DNA of 64,000 nt, taken from sequence record OR513085.1. One strand, 5' to 3'. The notes under the pieces were generated by a model. The model saw nothing but the letters and a program-made list of their open reading frames with translations, was not told the origin of the DNA and searched no databases. Below, piece after piece: positions 18,622-29,005 of the stretch; positions within the stretch are counted from its first letter, which is position 1, and each line of letters begins with the position of its first letter. A program made the position numbers and the translations under genes.

Positions 18622-21600
18622 ATGGCTACACAAACATCCAAGAACATTAATGACTTTCTAGGCGAATTGCATAGATTGTATAATGTTGGCTTGAAATACC
18701 AGGAAGTTATACAGAAAGCTATGGTTGCTACGACTGACTACGTAACAATCGATGTTCCTTCAATTGACGGAAATGCTGCACAGACAATAACAGTCCCTTC
18801 ATTTACTTACATACAAACTCAGCAACAGGCTATCATTAACAATATGAATGCTATGTCCAAGCTACAAGATGGCTCAGGATATGCAGTACTTGTTGATGAG
18901 GTTAATGGCAAAATAAGACAGCTATTTGAACTTTCTTACAATGAAGCTCCTTATATTGCTACAAACATTTTGCCAACGCCGGCAACAGCCAAAGCTTTCG
19001 TCGATGAACAAAATGCGCTAATAAACAAACTAGCATATCCAAACTTGTCATATGCACTAGATTGTACGCAACTAATTAGATCGTATTCGCGTAAAGTTCA
19101 GTTACGTAAGATCAACATAACAAACTACAACAATTACGCAGACAATCAAGCCGAGCTTTTAGGATTGCAAAACATCGATGAAGTCAAAGCATTCCTAGGT
19201 TCTAAGTCAATTGCATATGAAGATACTTCTAGCATTGAGGAGGTTGAATACTACCAATCCAGATACTATGGAGATTTTAGCGTACTAGAATCTGTACGTA
19301 ATGCTGATGGTACATTCACTGCTAAGCTTGATACTTTGAACTATTCCGATCGCCAAAATGCAGTACGCCAATCACGTGAATTAGCTAAAGGCTCTAAATT
19401 AGCAATGCTTAATGAAAATACTTTGTTCTCAGTTGTTAGCGTTAACTTAGCTACGAAAAGCGTAACGTTACAAAGAGTTTATGGCTTTGATGAGTTATTA
19501 GTAGGCGTAAGCAACTTAACTTACTTGGACGACAATACAAAACGTAACGTTAACGTACCGCTACGTTATGGTGAAAACGTACTACTTTTCTTTGCTGCAA
19601 CTCACCTTATTCATGGTACTATGTCAGGATATTCAAAACCTTTTGCATATTCTACTCATGACTTACAAATTTCTGCAGGTGCCGACTTAATGTCAGTTAA
19701 TGACTACCTAAAAGCTTCTAACGCTTCGGACGTTAAAACTGTTTTGCAATCATTTATTTCGCAACAACCAATACCGCTAAAATATGCTGTAACGCCTAAC
19801 AAACCTCAGGTAGATTTGTCAATGTTCAAGGTAGTTCAGATTAACAAACATATTGTAGATGGTTCGGACATTGAGTACATCAAAAAGCTTTATGAGTCTC
19901 AACGTAAGATAGCTGGTGACATGAAAATCACTAACACTAAAATTAGTGACTTAAAGTCTGCATTAGAACAATCCAACTATAAAAATGAATCCGATCGTAA
20001 GCAAATTGCTAAAGAGCTTGAAACAGAACAATCCAAATACGTTACACAACAAACCGAATATTCGACGATTGTCGGTGAACTTTCTAATAAGGATATCGGG
20101 CTTTACGCTAGTACATACGCGCCTAAATATCGAGTTAGAGGCTTCTGGCCGGTACAAGATGACATGGCTTCCGAATACACACGTAACCAAGTGGTATTGG
20201 CGTACAAAGTTCAGTTCCGTTATGTTTCGGCTAACAATAAAATAGCAAATTCTGATAACTTCAGTTTAAAGGAAAGAGTTGAAGGCGAAGAAGTTGAGAC
20301 TACTGGGTCTTTCTCAGTTTGGCAAGAATTCATAACGCCTTTACGTAAAAGAACGTTAAACGCCGATGGCTCAGTAACGTACGAGCCTAACAACATTACT
20401 GATGCTGACCAAATAAACTTAAACCAACTTGATATTGCTATACAAAACAATGAACAAGTTGATGTAAGAATACAGGCTATTTCTGAGGTTGGCTATCCTG
20501 GTGTTCAAATAACTTCTGAATGGTCTGATACGGTCAGAGTTAATTTCCCACCAGAATTTACTACAGATATAGACTTTACTAAGCTACAGGACGAAGTTAA
20601 CGTTGCTAAGCAAGAGCTAGCATTACGAGGACTACTACAAAACGAAGGTTTAATTCAGCACATCAAAAACTCTTCAAACGAACAAAACATTTACTTTGCA
20701 CACAAAGCTACAGAAATTGATTCTGGTTGGTGGACTGCAGAACGTAACAAAGTTCCATTGTTTGACAAGCTATCCGAAATGGCTAGAGAAATTGAAGCGT
20801 TACGTAACATCATAGTTAACCAGGCATCTACAATGTCGCTATCTTTGATTGATGGTCAGCAAAATGTTCACAAAGTAACTAACAATGCAACACTAAAAAT
20901 ATTTGCAGGTTACTATACTGATGATGCGACAACTAAGCCTGCTGGTGATATTGCAACATACCAAATGTACTTGAAGCTTTCAAACACTCAAGTTTCACAA
21001 GTTTATTCACTTGACCCTGGTGACAATGCATTAGTTACATCAATTGCTGATTATAGAAAGGCTCCAGTAGGCTACATTAACGATGATGGTAATGCTATAC
21101 TGCCTTATGGAACTCCTCAAACGCATGCACAAATAGCATACTTACGTTCTAGGAATGTCATAAACAATGGCGATTTGTATGAATCTAACCCAGCATTAGC
21201 TACACCTTGGTCTAACACAGTTCCGGCAGGTTCAATTGATACTGGTGCTACTGACCCACAAAAGAATGTCATTCATATTTCGGCAGGTCAACTTGCTAAA
21301 GTAGCGCTAAATGATTCAGACAATACTAAGTTTATTGCCATGCATAAGGACCACCCGGATTACCAAGAAACTGGTGCTAATGTTAAGATCAAAGCTTACC
21401 TGGAGAAAATGTCAACTATGCTGACTATACCAGAATCTAAACAACTTGAAACTGATGCAGATAATCAAGTTAAAACATGGTTCGAGGTTAACGACAAATT
21501 CTTGGTTGGCGAACTTACTACCGGGGCGTACTTAACATTCAACGCAATGACGCAATCAGGCGTTAAAGTAGCTAGCAATGCAATTGATGCTTACAAAGAA

Positions 21601-21867
21601 GTTGGCCCTAACACTGACATACTAATTCCTATTATGTTCCAGTTTAGAATGACTGATGCATTAGGCAGAATCAATGGTAAGCCTAACGTTACTGACACTA
21701 ACATAACTTACACTAAACGAATTGGCATCGACATCCTACTTAACGGAGTCATGACTAAATTCGATATTGAAGTTTCTGCTAAGTATACGCCAACTGCCTT
21801 AGCTGCTAACAATTTACCTAAAGCAGGCACACAACTAAATTTCAACAACGGTTCGTCAATGAACTAA
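18622..21867 (+). CDS. large virion structural protein (1081 aa), function unassigned
   Basis: long ORF, beta-rich regions plus coiled coil, divergent from gp13. Confidence 0.65.
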   Translation: MATQTSKNINDFLGELHRLYNVGLKYQEVIQKAMVATTDYVTIDVPSIDGNAAQTITVPSFTYIQTQQQAIINNMNAMSKLQDGSGYAVLVDEVNGKIRQLFELSYNEAPYIATNILPTPATAKAFVDEQNALINKLAYPNLSYALDCTQLIRSYSRKVQLRKINITNYNNYADNQAELLGLQNIDEVKAFLGSKSIAYEDTSSIEEVEYYQSRYYGDFSVLESVRNADGTFTAKLDTLNYSDRQNAVRQSRELAKGSKLAMLNENTLFSVVSVNLATKSVTLQRVYGFDELLVGVSNLTYLDDNTKRNVNVPLRYGENVLLFFAATHLIHGTMSGYSKPFAYSTHDLQISAGADLMSVNDYLKASNASDVKTVLQSFISQQPIPLKYAVTPNKPQVDLSMFKVVQINKHIVDGSDIEYIKKLYESQRKIAGDMKITNTKISDLKSALEQSNYKNESDRKQIAKELETEQSKYVTQQTEYSTIVGELSNKDIGLYASTYAPKYRVRGFWPVQDDMASEYTRNQVVLAYKVQFRYVSANNKIANSDNFSLKERVEGEEVETTGSFSVWQEFITPLRKRTLNADGSVTYEPNNITDADQINLNQLDIAIQNNEQVDVRIQAISEVGYPGVQITSEWSDTVRVNFPPEFTTDIDFTKLQDEVNVAKQELALRGLLQNEGLIQHIKNSSNEQNIYFAHKATEIDSGWWTAERNKVPLFDKLSEMAREIEALRNIIVNQASTMSLSLIDGQQNVHKVTNNATLKIFAGYYTDDATTKPAGDIATYQMYLKLSNTQVSQVYSLDPGDNALVTSIADYRKAPVGYINDDGNAILPYGTPQTHAQIAYLRSRNVINNGDLYESNPALATPWSNTVPAGSIDTGATDPQKNVIHISAGQLAKVALNDSDNTKFIAMHKDHPDYQETGANVKIKAYLEKMSTMLTIPESKQLETDADNQVKTWFEVNDKFLVGELTTGAYLTFNAMTQSGVKVASNAIDAYKEVGPNTDILIPIMFQFRMTDALGRINGKPNVTDTNITYTKRIGIDILLNGVMTKFDIEVSAKYTPTALAANNLPKAGTQLNFNNGSSMN

Positions 21868-21878
21868 ATATTTTGATG

Positions 21879-21912
21879 AAAGCTCAGACATTCAAAAATG
21901 TCTGGGCTTTTT
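21879..21912 (+). terminator. intrinsic terminator
   Basis: AAAGCTCAGACAT..ATGTCTGGGCTTTTT. Confidence 0.75.
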
Positions 21913-21937
21913 GTGAGTTTTATGCATAGCAAAACTT

Positions 21938-21993
21938 TTAACGTAATTTTAACATTTTATGTTTTAATATGTCGAAAAAAATGCTTAAATTTA
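21938..21993 (+). promoter_or_regulatory. promoter, TTAACA class
   Basis: TTAACG-N5-TTAACA, TTTTAATATGTC-N12-TAAATTTA. Confidence 0.8.
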
Positions 21994-22027
21994 TACTATA
22001 AAAATAAAACAATAAAACATTTAGAAT

Positions 22028-22327
22028 ATGTCAACTATAGCAAATCTTACAATCGAACAAAAAAGAACTTTATTAGCGCAACTTTATAGAAGCGAAAGTA
22101 ATACTGAAGCTGATAAAGTTAGACTAGATGAGTTAATGCATGATCAGGCAACTTTCTTGAAAACTGATAATCCTAACCTTTATGTAAAGGCTTGTTTAAT
22201 TCCAAATCACGATGATGACGTAGTATTTTATGATGGCGAATGGCATGTAGTAGATTTTGATACTTACGATGGAGTAATTCAAAACTTTATTGTAGTTGAT
22301 GGCAAAATTATTAACTTAGAATATTAA
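22028..22327 (+). CDS. hypothetical protein
   Basis: 99-aa ORF after promoter. Confidence 0.65.
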   Translation: MSTIANLTIEQKRTLLAQLYRSESNTEADKVRLDELMHDQATFLKTDNPNLYVKACLIPNHDDDVVFYDGEWHVVDFDTYDGVIQNFIVVDGKIINLEY

Positions 22328-22334
22328 GCACATA

Positions 22335-22709
22335 ATGAATAAGACAATAATACGACACGAAATAGTTAAAGTTAATGCTGTAGTAGGCTTTGAAACTTTT
22401 AACGATATGCACCACAAAATTGCAATTAGCAATGCATATAAAATGTTACGCAACAAAGCTCAGTGGCTAAACAATCATGAAGCTCACATTAACGTGGAGC
22501 AAAACAAACTTAAAAAGTTAGTAGCTGCATTACAAAGGGGCCATTCGTTTATCAGAACTCAACGACTAAACAAAGAGATTTTGCAAATGAAAGTTTATGG
22601 TAATGACACTGCTGCAGAATGCTTACTATCGCAAGATGGCGTTAAAGTAAACCTTATCGTATGTCATGCACCAGTAAACATAGAACTTTTACTAAAAATC
22701 ATAAAATAG
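22335..22709 (+). CDS. hypothetical protein
   Basis: 124-aa ORF. Confidence 0.65.
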   Translation: MNKTIIRHEIVKVNAVVGFETFNDMHHKIAISNAYKMLRNKAQWLNNHEAHINVEQNKLKKLVAALQRGHSFIRTQRLNKEILQMKVYGNDTAAECLLSQDGVKVNLIVCHAPVNIELLLKIIK

Positions 22710-22715
22710 TATATC

Positions 22716-23126
22716 ATGAAAATTCCAACATCCGCATTAATAAACAGACACTTTTCAGATTTAGTAAATGCCGAAGACGATCAAGTAGTCAACCTTTATG
22801 CTAGACAACTTCAAGCGTTACATTACGTAGAACGTTTGCTAAAGGAAAACAATGACTTCCATTGGCATGAACGTAAGTTATGGAAGCATAAACAAGCAAA
22901 GAATAAGTTCCTTAAGAATTTCAAAAACAAATTGAACCGAGGACTTTCGCTTATTCAGTACTGTGCAAGTAATGGTACAGGATATGTAGCTATTGGCAAC
23001 TACATGGAAAATCATTTGTACAGCCAGACGTCAATAGCAGGTTACATTTCTCCAAAATACAACACTCCTGAAGACTATGTAAACTTTTTACTAGCAAACA
23101 CTGAAATATACGACACGACATGTTAA
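22716..23126 (+). CDS. hypothetical protein
   Basis: 136-aa ORF. Confidence 0.65.
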   Translation: MKIPTSALINRHFSDLVNAEDDQVVNLYARQLQALHYVERLLKENNDFHWHERKLWKHKQAKNKFLKNFKNKLNRGLSLIQYCASNGTGYVAIGNYMENHLYSQTSIAGYISPKYNTPEDYVNFLLANTEIYDTTC

Positions 23127-23650
23127 AACAAGAAGAAAACTTATATGCACCTAATTGCATCAGGACATTTTCCGGAAAATACTTAAACGTTTTTGAGCCG
23201 GACCCTGAACTAATATGTATTGAGGACATAGCACACTCGCTATCTATGCAATGTAGGTTTGCTGGACATTTGCCAGTTTTCTACTCAGTAGGTCAGCATT
23301 CTAAATTCTGTTCAGACTACGTAGATAACGATGCTGACAGACTAGGCGCTCTTATGCATGATGCGTCCGAAACGTACTTGACTGATATGCCTAGCCCAAT
23401 TAAACGTAACATGCCAGAATATCGTACAATTGAGGATAACTTGATGAAAGTTATTGCTGAAAAGTTTGGCTTTGAATATCCATTTAGCAAGAATATCAAG
23501 GCTATTGACGAAATAGCTCTGCAAATAGAATGGAATCAGCTTATGCTTGGCAAAAAGCCGGAGCATGACGAACATTTGTTAGTTCCGCTGTCGCAGGCTG
23601 AAGCTAAAGCACAATTTCTTTCAACATTCCTAACTTTAAAAGGCTTTTAA
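23120..23650 (+). CDS. HD-domain phosphohydrolase (YfbR-like 5'-deoxynucleotidase family)
   Basis: IEDIAHSLSMQCRFAGH...YSVGQHS...LMHDASETYLTDMPSPIK. Confidence 0.88.
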   Translation: MLKQEENLYAPNCIRTFSGKYLNVFEPDPELICIEDIAHSLSMQCRFAGHLPVFYSVGQHSKFCSDYVDNDADRLGALMHDASETYLTDMPSPIKRNMPEYRTIEDNLMKVIAEKFGFEYPFSKNIKAIDEIALQIEWNQLMLGKKPEHDEHLLVPLSQAEAKAQFLSTFLTLKGF

Positions 23651-23656
23651 AACATT

Positions 23657-24595
23657 ATGAAAATTCTAAAAGTAAAAGAGGCTGGTAGCGGACAAATTCG
23701 CACAATAATTGAGAATCCTCAGACTGTACGTAAGCAGGCAATTGCAGAAACGTTCAGCAGCACTAACGTTAATAACGTAACTACGTTCCGCCACAAAGAC
23801 TTAGATTACGTTAAATGCGAAATATACGAAAACAAAATTCAGTATTTACTGACCAACAAGGCAGGACTAATTTCAGTTGTTGATTTTGACAAGGCTGAAA
23901 AAATAATTCATGCGGCTAGACTAAACGAAGTTAACAAAGAGTTCAATGTTTGCGATGCATTCAATGACATGTTCCAGCCAGAATATCCTGAATACTTTAC
24001 ATCAGGCTATGACAACATTAGTGCAGCGTTGTCTAAAGTAAGTGCAGATGATTGGTTTTCGCAAAAGCGTAAAGTACTTAGATCGCTATACTGCAAAGCA
24101 ACTATAGACAACAAAAAGCATTTTAGTATTGAGGCTAAATTGGTTGACTTAGAAGGCAGACTTTATTTCAATGAGGATGGCAATTTTGTAGTAGAGTCTT
24201 ACCTTATGGACTTTGGCGTAGTTCAACGTAAAGATTGTAATTACGTTAGCCAAGTAAATGCGTTTAACAAAGCTTTTGCCGAAGCTATTGGCAACTACGA
24301 AAACTACGATATTGCAGAGTCTGGCTTTGATAATATGTTAATATTTTTGGCTGATGGAAAGGCTTTGATGATTAAAAACATAAGCAATCAGACAATTTTG
24401 TCTATAGAAGCTTATGAGAAATATGGCAATTGCGAATTGTATACTAAAGCAGGTACTGATTCTGCAAACTATGCAATAGGCTACAAAAACCGTAAGCAAG
24501 TTAAGCGTTCAGAACTACGTCAGTTAATCCTGGCAACGGTTCCAAAGTTTAAGCAAATGGGAATTATAAGCAAAAACTCACTAAAAGTAAAGTAG
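23657..24595 (+). CDS. hypothetical protein
   Basis: 312-aa ORF. Confidence 0.7.
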   Translation: MKILKVKEAGSGQIRTIIENPQTVRKQAIAETFSSTNVNNVTTFRHKDLDYVKCEIYENKIQYLLTNKAGLISVVDFDKAEKIIHAARLNEVNKEFNVCDAFNDMFQPEYPEYFTSGYDNISAALSKVSADDWFSQKRKVLRSLYCKATIDNKKHFSIEAKLVDLEGRLYFNEDGNFVVESYLMDFGVVQRKDCNYVSQVNAFNKAFAEAIGNYENYDIAESGFDNMLIFLADGKALMIKNISNQTILSIEAYEKYGNCELYTKAGTDSANYAIGYKNRKQVKRSELRQLILATVPKFKQMGIISKNSLKVK

Positions 24596-24597
24596 TC

Positions 24598-24945
24598 ATG
24601 ATTTTAGAATTTACACCAAAACATACAAAAAATGTCAAAGCTGAGCCTGATGCTCAAAGAGTTAAACGTAAGTTTGCTTGGCTTCCTCAGATCATTTACG
24701 ATAACTGGATTGAACGTAAGTATTTTGTATGGTTTTCCAGCTACTACGTTATTCAACGTTACGAATTTAAAGGTTGGGAACGTGAACGTACTATGGGCAG
24801 TTTTGAAATGTCAGATGGCGCATATAAAATTTACGACTGGACTGACTATGCATACTTTACTGACATAATTAATGCTGAACGTTGGCAGAAACAACGCCAG
24901 GCTATCAAAGACATTTGGAACAAAAATACAACTACAGTATCATGA
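24598..24945 (+). CDS. aromatic-rich hypothetical protein
   Basis: KRKFAWLP...VWFSSYYVIQ; resembles the next gene. Confidence 0.65.
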   Translation: MILEFTPKHTKNVKAEPDAQRVKRKFAWLPQIIYDNWIERKYFVWFSSYYVIQRYEFKGWERERTMGSFEMSDGAYKIYDWTDYAYFTDIINAERWQKQRQAIKDIWNKNTTTVS

Positions 24946-25244
24946 AATTTAAAGCAAAAAGAACACCCAAGGTAGGCGATGTTAGATGGCGATGGAAACA
25001 AGCCTGGTTTCCTACAAAAATTGAAGATTCTGTTACTAGCCAATTTTACTGGCTATGGTTAACCGAATACTACGTTATTGAAACTTTTGTAGATGGCGGA
25101 GTAGTTTCTAACTACTGGCAGACTAACTATGAATATCTTAGCAAAATGGATGCGCTTAACCATCAAAATGAACTTAAAGGTTTACTTAAAAGGGTAGGCG
25201 AAAGACTTGATGAAAGCTTAGCTAAAGCAAATTCAACTTTATAA
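24942..25244 (+). CDS. aromatic-rich hypothetical protein
   Basis: ATGA overlap at 24942; WKQAWFP...LWLTEYYVIE. Confidence 0.65.
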   Translation: MKFKAKRTPKVGDVRWRWKQAWFPTKIEDSVTSQFYWLWLTEYYVIETFVDGGVVSNYWQTNYEYLSKMDALNHQNELKGLLKRVGERLDESLAKANSTL

Positions 25245-25313
25245 AAACTCTATATATACTGGCCTATATAAAGTTAGGTCAGTGTGTATACTAGACAAAT
25301 AATAAAACAATAC

Positions 25314-26801
25314 ATGATTTTAGACGTTATCTACAATAATGTAGTAAACTCACAACTTGTGATAAGCTATGTTAATGACAAAGGCGGAGTAGACTTGAAA
25401 CATTACACAGTTTCAGATCAACCGAACCAATTTACAAAGTGGGTTTATAGCCACAATCCTACGGAAGTTATGCAAGGAGTAGTTTCGTTTGATGGAAAAC
25501 CAGTAAAACTTGACTTTGCTTCGAGATACAACAGGTTCGACTTTATGCAATTTGTTAACGGACTTCCTGAAGCAGAACGTGAAATGTTACTAGGCTTTAA
25601 GCCGATTGCTTGGTACTTTTTCGATATCGAAACGGAAATTCAGGATGAGTTCCCGGATGCAGAAAATGCAAAGACTCCAATTGTTTCTATATGCGTAACT
25701 GCAATGGATTCTAAACTTACTTCAATCGTTTTGACAACTGACCCATTACATAAAGAAACTGCAGAGGAAGCTACAAAAATCACAGTCGACTATATCCAAA
25801 CTAACTACGACAAAAACCAAGAAGTTGATGTTAGATTTGTTTATTGTGCATCTGAATATGAGTTGATTAAGATTTTCCTACAAATATACAAGAAAATCCC
25901 AGCATTATCAGGATGGAACATTGGTCCTGGTGAACGTGCGTATGACTGGCCTTACATTCTAAACAGAATGAAAAAGTTAGGATTGTCAATGACTGAAGCT
26001 TCAATTGACGGAACGTTAGACAGACATGGCTTACCAAACCACAAGCTTAATGTTGACTACATGGAACTTTTCAAAAAGTACGACTTCTCACTTAAACCTT
26101 ATGAATCTTACAGATTAGACTGGGTAGCTGGCAAGTCTTTGAAACTTCCAAAATTACCATATGACGGAACTTTAAAGCAATTGAGGGAAAACGACTTAGC
26201 AAGATTCTTGGCATATAATGCGATCGACACTATAATACTGGCGCTACTTCACAGAAAGCATAACTTAGTGTCGGTATTGAATGGGCTTTCATTAGTAACA
26301 TCACTGCCAATGCGAGATTGTATGGGGCCAGTGAACCAATCAGAAGCAGTATTGTTCAAATATTACTTTAAGCAAAAAGGTCCTAACGGAGAAATTGTAG
26401 TTTGCCCGCAACGTGAAAACCGACCTACAAAATACAAATACGACGGCGGTTATGTAAAAGACCCTGCAAGACAAATTGCAAAATACGTAATTTGTTTGGA
26501 CTTTTCATCACTATACCCATCATTGTATCGTACAATGAATCAAGGGCCTACGAATATATTGTTTGACGGTAGAACATTAACGCCATCTGAAATTGCACAG
26601 TATTCAAGCAATCCTGACTACATTATTTCTGCACAAGGCAGACTTTATGATAACCGAAAACCTTCGGCATACAAAGAAGTTCAGTCGGAATTGTACGTAA
26701 AGCGTAAAGAATATCAAGGCGACCAGTTCTTTTACTTGAACCAAATTCACTTCCCTGTTCAGCAAGAGGAAAAACGTAGAGGCTTAGTAGACTCAATTTA
26801 G
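25314..26801 (+). CDS. polB: family B DNA polymerase, N-terminal half (exonuclease plus motif A), gp43A-like
   Basis: FFDIETE, GWN..DWPY, YNAIDT, YDGGYVKDP, LDFSSLYPS; ends after the first fingers helix. Confidence 0.92.
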   Translation: MILDVIYNNVVNSQLVISYVNDKGGVDLKHYTVSDQPNQFTKWVYSHNPTEVMQGVVSFDGKPVKLDFASRYNRFDFMQFVNGLPEAEREMLLGFKPIAWYFFDIETEIQDEFPDAENAKTPIVSICVTAMDSKLTSIVLTTDPLHKETAEEATKITVDYIQTNYDKNQEVDVRFVYCASEYELIKIFLQIYKKIPALSGWNIGPGERAYDWPYILNRMKKLGLSMTEASIDGTLDRHGLPNHKLNVDYMELFKKYDFSLKPYESYRLDWVAGKSLKLPKLPYDGTLKQLRENDLARFLAYNAIDTIILALLHRKHNLVSVLNGLSLVTSLPMRDCMGPVNQSEAVLFKYYFKQKGPNGEIVVCPQRENRPTKYKYDGGYVKDPARQIAKYVICLDFSSLYPSLYRTMNQGPTNILFDGRTLTPSEIAQYSSNPDYIISAQGRLYDNRKPSAYKEVQSELYVKRKEYQGDQFFYLNQIHFPVQQEEKRRGLVDSI

Positions 26802-26812
26802 ATAAACATAGC

Positions 26813-26841
26813 AAAGAAGCCTAACAAAATTAGGCTTCTTT
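26813..26841 (+). terminator. intrinsic terminator
   Basis: AAAGAAGCCTAA..TTAGGCTTCTTT. Confidence 0.75.
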
Positions 26842-26870
26842 GTATACTAACAACAATAACACACAATAAA

Positions 26871-27980
26871 ATGACAAACTTACAAATTGCAACTATCGAA
26901 AGTACAACTAACAGATTATTTACGTACTACTGCGATAACGCTCAGAATGCTAAAGCTTTACAAATTAACAGGGATGCTTTAGAAATTTTCAGACAGACTA
27001 TAGGAGTTCCAGGATTCCTACATGTACAGCTACTAGCAGCTATTGCAGCTAACGACGTTTTGACTGAAATTATGCCTAACATAAATGTTACTGGCGTTAT
27101 TACAGAACATGAACACCGACTAAAAGATATTATTGTTGAATCTGCAAAAGCATTAGGAGTTTCATTTTCTGAAGCAACCAAATCATTTGTTGACCTTGGT
27201 TCAGATCATGCAAGAGTTATCGAACTTGCCAAAGAATCTTTGCTTGCTCCAGAAAATGTAGAAGGCTTTGTAATGGAAAGAATTGCAGCTAACAAAACTA
27301 TCGACGCTGAGGATGTTATACAAGCTTTAGGCGACATTGGACAAGGCGCAGCTAAAGTTGTAGAAGCGGTAACTAAAGTCGTGACTGCAGGAACTTATGG
27401 GCAAATTAGTGATAATGGCGAAAACAATGAATCAAAAAAAGTCCTGGAAATGGTTGAATGCCGTGATGGCCGAGTAGTTTTGACTGACGGTAAGGATGTT
27501 TTCCTTTACTCAGCATATGACGAAAATGGCGATCCTATGCCAGATGCCAAAATTGACTTGGAAACTCCGTCAACGGAAATTACTTATGCTGACTTGCTAG
27601 AATTTAGAAATGAAACTGAATTGGCTGATACTAAAATAGCTGCAGAAGAAACAATAACCGAATTAAGCGATGTAGTCGCAGATACTCTTGTTAATATTGC
27701 CAACCAGGAAGTTTCGGAGGAATTAGTTTCTAGGGAGGCCGAAGTTAAAGTAGAAATTGGCGTGCCTATTGAAGTACAGGAACAGGCATTTAACTTGGCT
27801 ACTAACAAGCTAGAAAACTATACAATTGCCAAAGGTAAGAAAGCGGCGCTTAAGGTGTATTTAGAAAGCCAGGACCTTGGGTATGTTTTGGAAGACATTG
27901 AGGCCGGGGAACCTTTAGAGTTTGAAAAAGAAATTATCGAGGCTTTAAAAGAGTTCTTAACTTTAGAACAGCCTAAATAA
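26871..27980 (+). CDS. acidic hypothetical protein between PolB halves
   Basis: 369-aa ORF, E-rich C-terminus. Confidence 0.7.
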   Translation: MTNLQIATIESTTNRLFTYYCDNAQNAKALQINRDALEIFRQTIGVPGFLHVQLLAAIAANDVLTEIMPNINVTGVITEHEHRLKDIIVESAKALGVSFSEATKSFVDLGSDHARVIELAKESLLAPENVEGFVMERIAANKTIDAEDVIQALGDIGQGAAKVVEAVTKVVTAGTYGQISDNGENNESKKVLEMVECRDGRVVLTDGKDVFLYSAYDENGDPMPDAKIDLETPSTEITYADLLEFRNETELADTKIAAEETITELSDVVADTLVNIANQEVSEELVSREAEVKVEIGVPIEVQEQAFNLATNKLENYTIAKGKKAALKVYLESQDLGYVLEDIEAGEPLEFEKEIIEALKEFLTLEQPK

Positions 27981-27989
27981 ATAAAAATC

Positions 27990-28018
27990 ACAAATGCCTA
28001 GCTTTGTTAGGCATTTGT
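27990..28018 (+). terminator. terminator-like hairpin
   Basis: ACAAATGCCTAG..TTAGGCATTTGT. Confidence 0.65.
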
Positions 28019-28065
28019 GTATTATAACATTACAATACAACATAATAAATACACACGACAAAATC

Positions 28066-28938
28066 ATGAGCAATGTAACAACAAAAATTAAGTATGACGC
28101 ACAAGTAACGTTGAAAAACGTAGATGTAAGAGCTTTCCAAAGAATCCTGGAACCTGCTTTACTTTTTGGCGATCAAATTACTTTTAACATTAACCTTGAA
28201 TCTGGGGAGATTTACGGATTTTCAGGAGGTTCTGACAAATTTAAATTCTGGAATGCTCCACTAACTCAAATCTGCGAAAAGGTAGAATTTGGCGATGGCT
28301 ACACAGAAACACTTCCAGTAAAAACTGTTATCATGCAGACAAGGGCATTACTTAACGTAATGAACATTGTAGGCGCTAACATTGATGTTGAGATCAACCT
28401 TAAAAAGCATACGTTAGTTTATGAAGCAAAAGGCCTAACGTTACGTAAGGACAGACTAACATTAGAATATGCATGCGGATTACTTTCAGTAGGTCAACCA
28501 GATATCACTGACGAAAAGAAAGCTGAAAGACTTGGCTCTTACGGTGAAACTCATGAATTTGAAATGCCAGTACAAGTTCTTGGCAGAATCAAACAATTGT
28601 CGAATATCCAAACTTTGGAAAAGAAAATCGACAATATCACGTTTACTTCGCAGGATGGATTCCTTAGAATTTGCAATGATGTATTCGATGACGTTTTTGA
28701 AAGTATATACGTTGGTGAAATGCCAGAATACAAATTCAAAACTGAAGTATTCGGATTGATTGACAATGATAACTACAATGTTACAATCACAAGAAATCCA
28801 AGAGGTATCAAAAAAATTATGTTCTTCTCAAAAGACAGAGACATCAAATTCGTATCTTCGTTACTTGCAAAAGTTGATGACGTCGAGGATTCTGGAGATA
28901 TTTCAAATGAATTTGCTGCTTTCGCTAACGGGCACTAA
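28066..28938 (+). CDS. probable sliding clamp (gp45/PCNA-like)
   Basis: 290 aa, repeated helix/beta pattern (FQRILEPALLFGDQITFNI; FEMPVQVLGRIKQL), located inside the PolB locus. Confidence 0.55.
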   Translation: MSNVTTKIKYDAQVTLKNVDVRAFQRILEPALLFGDQITFNINLESGEIYGFSGGSDKFKFWNAPLTQICEKVEFGDGYTETLPVKTVIMQTRALLNVMNIVGANIDVEINLKKHTLVYEAKGLTLRKDRLTLEYACGLLSVGQPDITDEKKAERLGSYGETHEFEMPVQVLGRIKQLSNIQTLEKKIDNITFTSQDGFLRICNDVFDDVFESIYVGEMPEYKFKTEVFGLIDNDNYNVTITRNPRGIKKIMFFSKDRDIKFVSSLLAKVDDVEDSGDISNEFAAFANGH

Positions 28939-28958
28939 CATACAATACATTATATTTA

Positions 28959-28989
28959 GCTCGGATAGTTATGCTATCCGAGCATTTTT
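28959..28989 (+). terminator. hairpin: terminator or IS605-type left-end hairpin
   Basis: GCTCGGATAG-ttatg-CTATCCGAGC immediately upstream of tnpB. Confidence 0.55.
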
Positions 28990-29005
28990 AAAAATTAACA
29001 ACTAA

